NCBI GenBank assembly: GCA_902779875.1
Contig: CACZCX010000001.1
Location: 10,930 to 74,929, forward strand
From: an uncultured Bacteroidales bacterium
GTDB lineage: Bacteria > Bacteroidota > Bacteroidia > Bacteroidales > Bacteroidaceae
Direction of reading: 5' to 3'
Length of the DNA stretch: 64,000 nucleotides
This document shows, piece by piece, positions 26,444 through 34,198 of this stretch (position 1 is its first letter; every line of letters begins with the position of its first letter). The translations under genes were made by a program, and so were the position numbers. The notes under the pieces are model-generated. The model was not told the origin of the DNA. It worked only from the letters and a program-made list of their open reading frames with translations, and did not search any database.

Positions 26444-27265
26444 CTATCGTTTCACGACTATATCCAACAGCCTGTGATTCTCCTTCCTGTCAGGAATGGA
26501 GTTCCATTTGCCGTAAAGTACAGTAAGATAATGGTCTACATTGCAGGGGGCCTTGAATATGTGTCCCTCAAACTCCATTTCCTTTAGGGGAAATATGTCA
26601 CTGAGGAAACGCTGGGTATAGAATCCCGTCCCGTAATCGTGAATAAGTGAATCCGTGTGTAACACTCTGCCTATAAACCGAGCGGTAGCTATGGTCAGTT
26701 CTGCCAGAGGGTAGAGCAGGACTCCCGTCATATGTCTCAACCAGCCATCCTGAATAAGGTTGTAACGGCGGCGGTAGCAGCGTCCGTAAAACAGGTCAAT
26801 CTTTCTTGATACTGCCGGAACACCGTTCGTTTCATAGAATATGTCGAGCCATATGCTCTCCTCACGTTTCATGGTGCCACCCTTGACCTTGGGGTCGTCA
26901 ACCATCCTGGTAACCGTGACGGTGTTGTTGTAGAGCCTGCCCCAGCGACGGGTGTAATCCTTGCTTGAGTTGGCATCCACGAACGAGAACGGCTCCTGAA
27001 GATCGTTCTTAATGGCCCTGGCCAGTCTTTTTTGGTCTCTTTTGAGTACGCATACATCAAGGTCGTCATCCCATGGAATGAATCCCCCATGCCGTGCTGC
27101 ACCTAAAAGGGTTCCGGAGTCCAGCCAGTAGCTTATGTTGTTTTTCCTGCAAATCCTGTCGAATTCAACGAGTATGTCCAGAAGGTGGAGCTGCAGATTG
27201 CGCAGTTTTGAACCGTCCGGGTTGAATTGGGCTCTCAGTGCAAGTTGTATATCGTTATCAATCAT
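26444..27265 (-). CDS. LicD-family phosphotransferase (paralog 2)
   Basis: LDSGTLLGAARHGGFIPWDDDLDV signature. 8-nt overlap with the flippase gene. Confidence 0.85.
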   Translation of the reverse strand: MIDNDIQLALRAQFNPDGSKLRNLQLHLLDILVEFDRICRKNNISYWLDSGTLLGAARHGGFIPWDDDLDVCVLKRDQKRLARAIKNDLQEPFSFVDANSSKDYTRRWGRLYNNTVTVTRMVDDPKVKGGTMKREESIWLDIFYETNGVPAVSRKIDLFYGRCYRRRYNLIQDGWLRHMTGVLLYPLAELTIATARFIGRVLHTDSLIHDYGTGFYTQRFLSDIFPLKEMEFEGHIFKAPCNVDHYLTVLYGKWNSIPDRKENHRLLDIVVKR

Positions 27266-28820
27266 TTTTCCTGAGTGATTTGATTACGTTACAGAACATC
27301 TCAATGGCATGTTTGCGCTCCGTTTTAGTCGTTCCGATGGTGTAGACAAATAGGCATACAATAAGCATGCTGGCTGCAATCACTACCAGCGGTCCAAGCC
27401 ATTCCGTCTCAAACAGGGGAGTCACATACACCTTTACCAGCAGTGACAGCGCCGTACTTATCACGGTAACTGTAATAACCGGAACCAGTACCGTACGCAG
27501 ATAGTTCCTTATATCCAGTCCTATCTGTCTGCGCATGAACCACAGACGTTCTATGTGAGTAAAGAATGTAACCGCTATGGAGATTACGAACACCGATGCA
27601 GGTGGCAGTCCCAGATATTTTATTCCGATGTATGACAACGGGACAATCATGAGTAGCGTACAGCCTATGACCAGCTGATAGTTGCGTATCTTGCCGGTAG
27701 CCTGAATGGATGCGGCCATGGGACTGGTAAAGCAGTTGAGCATGCCGTCAATAAGCATAAGCTGCGTTATGAGGTATGCCTCATCGGGCACATTACGTCC
27801 TCTCAGCCAGATGGGGAGTATGAAATGGGTCTCCAGGAGTAAGGGGAGTGCAACCAGGAACAGCAGGAAATATGAGAATCTGGTACTCTGGCATATCAGC
27901 TTACGCATATCGTCCATCTCACCAGCCGCGTATGACTTGTAGAGCTGAGGTCTGGTGGCGGTAAAGAAATTGGTGTTGAGCTGCGAGAGAGTTACGTATA
28001 CCTTGTTACCTATACCTCTGGCCGCACTTACGATTGGACCGAATGTAGAGTTCAGCAGAAGGCTCAGACCCTGGCTTTTGAGTACATCGGCCGATGAGCC
28101 TATCAGATTCCATCCGGCATAGGAGAATATCTCCTTGAACCTCTCCCTGTCCATGGTGAACCTGAACCTGCATTCGCCGTAAAAAAGGTTGCAGTATATC
28201 CAGTAGAAGATGGTGTTGACTAGCTGTACTCCGGCCAGCAGTCCGGCATAGAGAATAAGCCTGCTGTCCTTGTCATCCTGGGTATGTGAAAGAAGAATGG
28301 CAATCACAAGATTGGCAAAGGCCTCGAACAGACTCAGGTAGGCGAATACCTTCATCTTCTCCTTGGCCACCACCATACCTTGATAGGGGGTACGAAGTAT
28401 TATCATGGCAAAGGAGAATACGCTGAACTGGAACACCCAGTGCGCCGCCTCGATATGTTCTCCCACTTTCATCCTGTTGTCCAGGTACCATACGCCTGCG
28501 GTCTCGCCCAGGATCACTATCAGGACTGTGAGTATAAAGAATACGGTCAGGCTCAGGTTGAACACCAGCTGAAGTCCGTTGCTGTTACCTTTGGCCATCT
28601 CGTATGAATAATAGCGTTGGCAGGCCGATGACATGGTGGAGCTTATGAACGATACCATCATCACGATTGATCCAACGGCATCATACACGCCGTAATGTTC
28701 AGTTCCCAGGGCATTGATAATGACTCTGGAGGTGTACAGTCCCACCACCATCACTATCAACATCCTCAGGTAGAGGAGCAGGGTGTTCTTGGCTATCCTT
28801 TGCTGATTGATTTCGGTCAT
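27258..28820 (-). CDS. Polysaccharide/oligosaccharide flippase (Wzx/MOP superfamily)
   Basis: 520 aa, about 14 hydrophobic helices, N-terminus RIAKNTLLLYLRMLI typical of Wzx-like proteins. Confidence 0.75.
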   Translation of the reverse strand: MTEINQQRIAKNTLLLYLRMLIVMVVGLYTSRVIINALGTEHYGVYDAVGSIVMMVSFISSTMSSACQRYYSYEMAKGNSNGLQLVFNLSLTVFFILTVLIVILGETAGVWYLDNRMKVGEHIEAAHWVFQFSVFSFAMIILRTPYQGMVVAKEKMKVFAYLSLFEAFANLVIAILLSHTQDDKDSRLILYAGLLAGVQLVNTIFYWIYCNLFYGECRFRFTMDRERFKEIFSYAGWNLIGSSADVLKSQGLSLLLNSTFGPIVSAARGIGNKVYVTLSQLNTNFFTATRPQLYKSYAAGEMDDMRKLICQSTRFSYFLLFLVALPLLLETHFILPIWLRGRNVPDEAYLITQLMLIDGMLNCFTSPMAASIQATGKIRNYQLVIGCTLLMIVPLSYIGIKYLGLPPASVFVISIAVTFFTHIERLWFMRRQIGLDIRNYLRTVLVPVITVTVISTALSLLVKVYVTPLFETEWLGPLVVIAASMLIVCLFVYTIGTTKTERKHAIEMFCNVIKSLRKND

Positions 28821-28822
28821 GA

Positions 28823-29764
28823 TTATATCCAGAATTTCTCCTTGATCTTGGGGAACGGCACATCGGGCACTTTTGACTCGAGAGCATCATAAATCTTGCT
28901 TGCAAAACAGATGTCGTGCAGTGCTATTCCTATGTTGTAGCTCAGAATACGCTCTTTATCGTTTTCTCTTCCGGGGTTATTGCCCAGAAGTACCTGGCTC
29001 AGCTCGTCGAATTTCCTGAATCTGTCAAAGTATCTGAATTCGTGAACGTGGGCGGTGTCATCGGCAAAGACCTTGTCAAAGAACAGGTCGCAGTTCTGGA
29101 ATCCGCGGGTGTGTATAGGAACGACAAGACAGCCTTCCCTGTAGCATTCGTCAGGTGCCACCAGTTCAGTGGCGGCAGTGACGCTTGACACTACCACATC
29201 GGCTCCGGATACCAGGTCATTGTGGTTGGAGACAGTCTCAAAACGTACGTTACCGTACTTTTCAAACCTTTCCATGAACAGCTGCTCCTGTCCCTTGTAT
29301 TCCATGAGAACTACGGTGATGGGATCCTTAACCGTTTCAAGAAGGCAGAGAAGTGTGGCACGTGCGGTATTGCCCAATCCTATGAACGAGTAGACCGATG
29401 CTTTTGAAGACTTGAGGGTATTGATGGCAAGGCTGGCAACTGCGCCGGTTCTCATAGCCGTGATCCAGTTGGCGTCCATCAACGCCAACAGATGACCGTT
29501 GTTTCCGTCATAAAGCAACAGTTCACTGTTGAGTGACGGCTTTTCAAGTGGGTATCTGCTTACCTCCTTTACTCCGAATCTGTTTACGGTTCCGGGTATG
29601 TAGCAGGGCATGGTGTTATAGAAGACCTCGCCAAAGGGTTTAAGGCTGTTTTTATGAGGCAAGATGCAATCATACTTCATCTTAAAACTCTCTGTAACCC
29701 ATTGGATACAATCCTTGGGCGAAATACCCAGGTCAATAATCTGTTGCTGTGTGATCAGTTTCAT
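28823..29764 (-). CDS. Ornithine cyclodeaminase / mu-crystallin family NAD(P)-dependent enzyme
   Basis: WITAMRTGAVASL and Rossmann FIGLGNTARATL motifs. 313 aa. Confidence 0.75.
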   Translation of the reverse strand: MKLITQQQIIDLGISPKDCIQWVTESFKMKYDCILPHKNSLKPFGEVFYNTMPCYIPGTVNRFGVKEVSRYPLEKPSLNSELLLYDGNNGHLLALMDANWITAMRTGAVASLAINTLKSSKASVYSFIGLGNTARATLLCLLETVKDPITVVLMEYKGQEQLFMERFEKYGNVRFETVSNHNDLVSGADVVVSSVTAATELVAPDECYREGCLVVPIHTRGFQNCDLFFDKVFADDTAHVHEFRYFDRFRKFDELSQVLLGNNPGRENDKERILSYNIGIALHDICFASKIYDALESKVPDVPFPKIKEKFWI

Positions 29765-31575
29765 AAAGCTTTAAGTGTGGAGTAGAGATAATGGTTGTCA
29801 TTCCTGTCGCGGACAGCTATCCTTATGTAGTTACGGCCCGAGAAAGCGCTTTTACCGCCACAGTCCTTGACCAGGATGTTGTATTTCTGCAGGAGCAGTC
29901 CCGTCAGTTCAGCTGATGTGAACCTGCCTGTCACTTCACAGAGGAAATAGTTGGCCTGTGACGGAATGACCCGCAGGAAAGGAATCTCCTTCAGTTCGTT
30001 ATAGAAGAGTTCCCGTTCAGCGATGAATTTGTCACAAGCATCAAAGTAATCCTTCTCATACTTGTTGAAGATCTGCATGTAGAACTCTCCGAACGAATTG
30101 ATGTTCCATATGGCAACCTCCTTGCGCATGCTCCTGATCATATCGGTATCGGCCGATGCCACAATGCCTAGTCGCAGTCCGGGAACACCGTATGATTTGC
30201 TGATGGACTTGACTACGGTCATGTGAGGATTATCCTCAAGTATGCTGTTCTTAAGCAGTGAGTTTTGGATGTGGTTCTCTGTGAAATCAACGAAACTCTC
30301 ATCGACTATGAGTCTGATGCCCTGCTTCCCGGTCCAGTCAATCAGTCTGAGCAGTTGGTTGAACGGGATGTAATTGCCCGAAGGATTGTCGGGGTTGATA
30401 AGCAGCAGTGATGAGATTCCCTTGCCGCCGAAATATCCGATGACGTCATCGGCCGTATAGCTGAAATCCCTGTTCTCAGGTGTAAAGAACACGGCGTTTT
30501 CAGGGAGACTCCTGTTGGGATATTCCTCGAATGTAGGCAGAATGAATCCGGTCTTTCCGCTGCAATGGTTTTCAATTAAGCACTTTATCAGTTCGGCGGC
30601 ACCGTTTCCGACACACACCAGTTCCTGTTTGATACCGAAGTATTTGCTGGCAATCAGTGAGTTGACTGCCATTCCTGACGGATATTCGGTGAGAAGCGTA
30701 TCAAAGTTGGCTCTCATCTCATCCTTCATCCTTGCGGAGGGAAAATAGGGGTTGACCAGATAACAGAAGTCCTTGAGGTGCGGGAAACGCCAGTAACCGC
30801 CGTAGCGGCTGTGGTACTTTTTCATGAGAGCGTCACCCTCGGAGAATATGGTTTCGGCAATATCCTTATCCTGTATGTCATCAATCTCGTACCACTTCTC
30901 GTCGGTTATGGGAAGCGCCTTCAGGGCTGATTTGTCAAGTGCTGTGATAACGCGTAACACCTGTTCGTAATACTCGTTGTTTCCCATAGCCCGGCTGTAT
31001 GCCTCAAGGAAGGGGACATACTGGTTACGGGAGAAATCGCAACTGAACTTGTATATGTTGCATGTCTTGAAATAGAATGGCACATCGGCGTACTTGAAAG
31101 CCTTCTTGGGTACGAAACTGACTATGTTGTTGTCCTCGTCTATACGTACCATCGTGCCGTCCATCCAGGTCTCGTACTTGGCGACCAGTGCAAGATTGGG
31201 ATAGGGGTTGTCTATTATCAGGTTCAGCATGCGGCTTTCAAACACCAGGTCGCTCTCCAGAAGCAGGGTGTCATCCTCCTGAAGTTCCTTCTTGGCAAGT
31301 GCCAGGGAGTATATATTGTTGGTCTTGTCGTATATCGGGTTCAGGATATATTCTATCTTGAGTTTTCCTTCATACCGGTTTCCGATGTACTGCATCAGGT
31401 TGTCAGCCTGATAACCTACCACAAGAACCACTCTTTTGAGATTCAGTTCAGCCAGTTGGGTCAGCATGCGGTCAATGAGTTTTACCCCGTTGACCTCTAT
31501 CATGCACTTGGTGTTCTCTTTTGTAAGTTCACCTAGTCTCTTGCCCATTCCGGCTGCCAGTATTATTGCTTGCAT
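29761..31575 (-). CDS. Bifunctional protein: LicC-like nucleotidyltransferase fused to a HisC/CobD-type class I/II PLP enzyme
   Basis: N-terminal ~245 aa: MQAIILAAGMGKRLG...NNIYSL. C-terminal ~350 aa: LVNPYFPS, INPDNPSG, VDESFVDF, the PLP-lysine motif SISKSYGVPGLRLG, and PSQANYFL. Confidence 0.85.
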   Translation of the reverse strand: MQAIILAAGMGKRLGELTKENTKCMIEVNGVKLIDRMLTQLAELNLKRVVLVVGYQADNLMQYIGNRYEGKLKIEYILNPIYDKTNNIYSLALAKKELQEDDTLLLESDLVFESRMLNLIIDNPYPNLALVAKYETWMDGTMVRIDEDNNIVSFVPKKAFKYADVPFYFKTCNIYKFSCDFSRNQYVPFLEAYSRAMGNNEYYEQVLRVITALDKSALKALPITDEKWYEIDDIQDKDIAETIFSEGDALMKKYHSRYGGYWRFPHLKDFCYLVNPYFPSARMKDEMRANFDTLLTEYPSGMAVNSLIASKYFGIKQELVCVGNGAAELIKCLIENHCSGKTGFILPTFEEYPNRSLPENAVFFTPENRDFSYTADDVIGYFGGKGISSLLLINPDNPSGNYIPFNQLLRLIDWTGKQGIRLIVDESFVDFTENHIQNSLLKNSILEDNPHMTVVKSISKSYGVPGLRLGIVASADTDMIRSMRKEVAIWNINSFGEFYMQIFNKYEKDYFDACDKFIAERELFYNELKEIPFLRVIPSQANYFLCEVTGRFTSAELTGLLLQKYNILVKDCGGKSAFSGRNYIRIAVRDRNDNHYLYSTLKAL

Positions 31576-32408
31576 AACGGTACTAATTTTTCCTTCCAGT
31601 AAAAATGTATATAGCTCTGCAACGGAACCCTCTCGTTTTCAGGGGGTAGCTGCATATAATCTCCGTAAACGGTCCTGAGCATCCTGTCATAACCGTCCGC
31701 AATGAAGAACTCTTCATTCCCGAACTGAACCAGATGGTAGGAATCAATATCGGACTTCTCATATCTGGCCATTATTCCGGGATAAGCCAATTGGGCCACA
31801 TGACCGGTGCTTCCGTACGGGATAGTTCCGTCAATACGGATGATTTCATCCACATATGACTCCGGCTTTTTCCAGAACAGGCTGAACAGTTTCTTCTTGA
31901 CGGTGTTGAGGTTAAAGAAGAAGGATTTCTCGAGAGAGAGCCTGCGTAACGCTTTCCTGCCCCTTACGGCGTCATGGTGTAACTTCCGGAGATTCATGTA
32001 TGATGACTCGAAAGTCTCGGCATCATCGCTGACAGAGTCCAACGGAAAGATGTCAACCCATACGCCTACATTGTCCGAATTCCTAAGCCAGGGAGTGAAA
32101 GTGGTGAAACAGGTCTCTTTGGCATCGCATATCCTGGCAAAAGCCAACATGCAGTCCTTCCTGTTTTTCCTGTTTATCATGACGTATCGGTCACTCCTGT
32201 AGGTCCGGCATAACTTGTCATAATCGGGACGCGGCATGAAAATGTCGATATCATCGTCCCATGGAATAAAACCTTTGTGACGTATGGCTCCTATCATAGT
32301 GCCGTACGCAAGGGAGTATTTGAGTCCGTTCTCAACACAGAACCTGTGTATCTCTCTCAATACATCAAGTGATTTGAGTTGCAGTTCTTTAAGGGTAAGT
32401 TCTCTCAT
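31563..32408 (-). CDS. LicD-family phosphotransferase (paralog 3)
   Basis: LAYGTMIGAIRHKGFIPWDDDIDI signature. 13-nt overlap with the downstream fusion gene. Confidence 0.85.
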   Translation of the reverse strand: MRELTLKELQLKSLDVLREIHRFCVENGLKYSLAYGTMIGAIRHKGFIPWDDDIDIFMPRPDYDKLCRTYRSDRYVMINRKNRKDCMLAFARICDAKETCFTTFTPWLRNSDNVGVWVDIFPLDSVSDDAETFESSYMNLRKLHHDAVRGRKALRRLSLEKSFFFNLNTVKKKLFSLFWKKPESYVDEIIRIDGTIPYGSTGHVAQLAYPGIMARYEKSDIDSYHLVQFGNEEFFIADGYDRMLRTVYGDYMQLPPENERVPLQSYIHFYWKEKLVPLCKQ

Positions 32409-32426
32409 AAGCGATTGCAGGTCATT

Positions 32427-32558
32427 TTATAACGCCTCGTCATCGGGCTGCTCGGGAGTTGACGGCCGTGGCTTAATACCGTGTTTACGCGATTTCTCCC
32501 AGGCGGCCTTGCGCTTGAGATAGTCTTCATAATGGTTTTCAAGATAGTTGTCGGCCAT
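32427..32558 (-). CDS. Candidate small ORF (43 aa, MADNYLENHYEDYLKRKAAWEKSRKHGIKPRPSTPEQPDDEAL)
   Basis: Below the ORF-track size cutoff. The ATG is 2 nt after the folK stop and the TAA is 18 nt before the LicD start, so it fills an otherwise unexplained 152-nt gap. I have an unverified recollection of similar small Bacteroidales proteins. Confidence 0.4.
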   Translation of the reverse strand: MADNYLENHYEDYLKRKAAWEKSRKHGIKPRPSTPEQPDDEAL

Positions 32559-32560
32559 AG

Positions 32561-33022
32561 TCAGTTCTCTTTTAGCAGTTCGTTGATGGTTTTATGCAGA
32601 ACCGGATGCTCCAGCTCCGGCGCTATTCCGGCCAGCGGCTCCAGCACGAAACGTCTCACGTGCATGAACTTGTGCGGGATGGTCAGCTCCGGGGTCTCCA
32701 TGACCAGGTCGTCGTAAAGGAGCAGGTCTATGTCTATGATCCTGTCCTTGTATCCGTCCTTACCGGTCTTGGCGGTGCGTCCCATCTCCGTCTCTATCTT
32801 CTTGGCGGCCTCAAGCGCCTGGACCGGTGTGAGAGAGGTCTCCACACGGGCTGCCATGTTCATGAAACGGTTGGGGCTCTCGTATCCCCACGGTTCTGTC
32901 TCTATTATGTCCGATGCCCCCGTAACCGTACCTATGCGCCGGCCGACGAGTGCCAGCGCGGTCTCAAGGTTGGACCGCCTGTCACCCAGATTGGTTCCCA
33001 ACGACAGGTACAGCGAGGCCAT
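32561..33022 (-). CDS. folK: 2-amino-4-hydroxy-6-hydroxymethyldihydropteridine diphosphokinase
   Basis: LSLGTNLGDR, IIDIDLLLY and TIPHKFMHVRRFVLEPL motifs. 153 aa. Confidence 0.9.
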   Translation of the reverse strand: MASLYLSLGTNLGDRRSNLETALALVGRRIGTVTGASDIIETEPWGYESPNRFMNMAARVETSLTPVQALEAAKKIETEMGRTAKTGKDGYKDRIIDIDLLLYDDLVMETPELTIPHKFMHVRRFVLEPLAGIAPELEHPVLHKTINELLKEN

Positions 33023-33025
33023 GGT

Positions 33026-34144
33026 TCAGTCTGTGATAAGCATTGCGTCACCGTAGCAGCCGAACCTGTAACCCTCCTTTACGGCCAGGTTGTATGCAGC
33101 CATCACCTTCTCGTAACCGCCATAGGCGCAGGTGAGCATAAGCTGGATAGACTCCGGCAGCTGGAAGTTGCTGATCATGCTGTCAGCTACGGTAAAGTTG
33201 TAGGGCGGGAATATGAACTTGTTGGTCCAGCCGTCAAACGCCTTGATCAGGTGGTCTGTGCCGACCACGGTCTCCAGGGCACGGTTAACGGTATTGCCTA
33301 CGGCGCAAATCTTATGACCGCCCAGCTTGGCGTTGTTAACGATGTTGGCGCACTCCTCGGTAACGTACATCTCCTCCGACTCCATCTTGTGCTTGGTCAG
33401 GTCCTCCACGTCAATCTCGCGGAAGTTGCCCAGACCGCAGTGCATGGTCACGAATGCGCGGTCCACGCCCTTGATCTCCATACGTTTCATGAGCTCACGG
33501 CTAAAGTGGAGACCGGCGGTAGGAGCTGTAACGGCCCCCTCGTTGGCTGCGAATATGGTCTGGAAGCACTCCTCATCGGAGTAGTCGTTCTTAGTCTTCT
33601 GCGACATGGGTACGGGTACGGGCTTGCCGTTCTCATCGAAAGACCATGCGCATGCCTTACGCTTGAGGTAGGTGGGGATGGGAGCCTCTCCAAGTGCGTA
33701 GAGAGCCTTCTTGAACTCGTCGTGCGGACCGTCATAGAGGAAACGGAGCACACGGCCGCGTGAGGTGGTGTTGTCAATCACCTCGGCAACCATCGAGTTG
33801 TCCTCGCCAAAGTAGAGTTTGTTTCCTATACGGATCTTGCGGGCGGGATCCACCTGCACATCCCAAAGCAGGTTCTCCTCACGCAGCTCACGCAGCAGGA
33901 AAACCTCAATCTGAGCACCTGTCTTCTCCTTGTTGCCGTACATGCGGGCGGGGAATACACGTGTGTCGTTGAAGACGAAAACGTCCTTTTCATTGAAGTA
34001 GTTCAGAATGTCCTTGAACTGAACATGTTCGATTTCGTCACTTTTCTTGTGCACGACCATCAGTCTTGATTCGTCGCGATGTTCTACAGGATACTGTGCG
34101 ATCCTGTCTTCGGGGAGTTTGAATTTGAATTGTGATAGTTTCAT
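33026..34144 (-). CDS. queA: S-adenosylmethionine:tRNA ribosyltransferase-isomerase
   Basis: [24 protein letters not shown] and the C-terminal GDAMLI pattern. About 20 aa longer than typical QueA because of an internal insertion. Confidence 0.9.
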   Translation of the reverse strand: MKLSQFKFKLPEDRIAQYPVEHRDESRLMVVHKKSDEIEHVQFKDILNYFNEKDVFVFNDTRVFPARMYGNKEKTGAQIEVFLLRELREENLLWDVQVDPARKIRIGNKLYFGEDNSMVAEVIDNTTSRGRVLRFLYDGPHDEFKKALYALGEAPIPTYLKRKACAWSFDENGKPVPVPMSQKTKNDYSDEECFQTIFAANEGAVTAPTAGLHFSRELMKRMEIKGVDRAFVTMHCGLGNFREIDVEDLTKHKMESEEMYVTEECANIVNNAKLGGHKICAVGNTVNRALETVVGTDHLIKAFDGWTNKFIFPPYNFTVADSMISNFQLPESIQLMLTCAYGGYEKVMAAYNLAVKEGYRFGCYGDAMLITD

Positions 34145-34168
34145 TCCCTTGTCAGTGTTATATAGTTA

Positions 34169-34198
34169 TTAATTCTCAATTCTCAATTCTCAATTTCA
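34169..34198. repeat. Tandem heptamer array (AATTCTC x3 plus a degenerate unit) between truB and queA
   Basis: ttaattctcaattctcaattctcaatttca. The last units overlap the truB stop and the final codons (…IEIEN*). Confidence 0.95.

Noticed and set aside
32594-33763. A 389-aa ORF on the plus strand spanning folK and queA
   Set aside because: It is entirely antisense to two genes with strong family motifs. Its composition (rich in V, L, G, H and R, with no recognisable motif) is typical of the mirror frame of GC-biased coding sequence. There is no promoter box or independent intergenic space.
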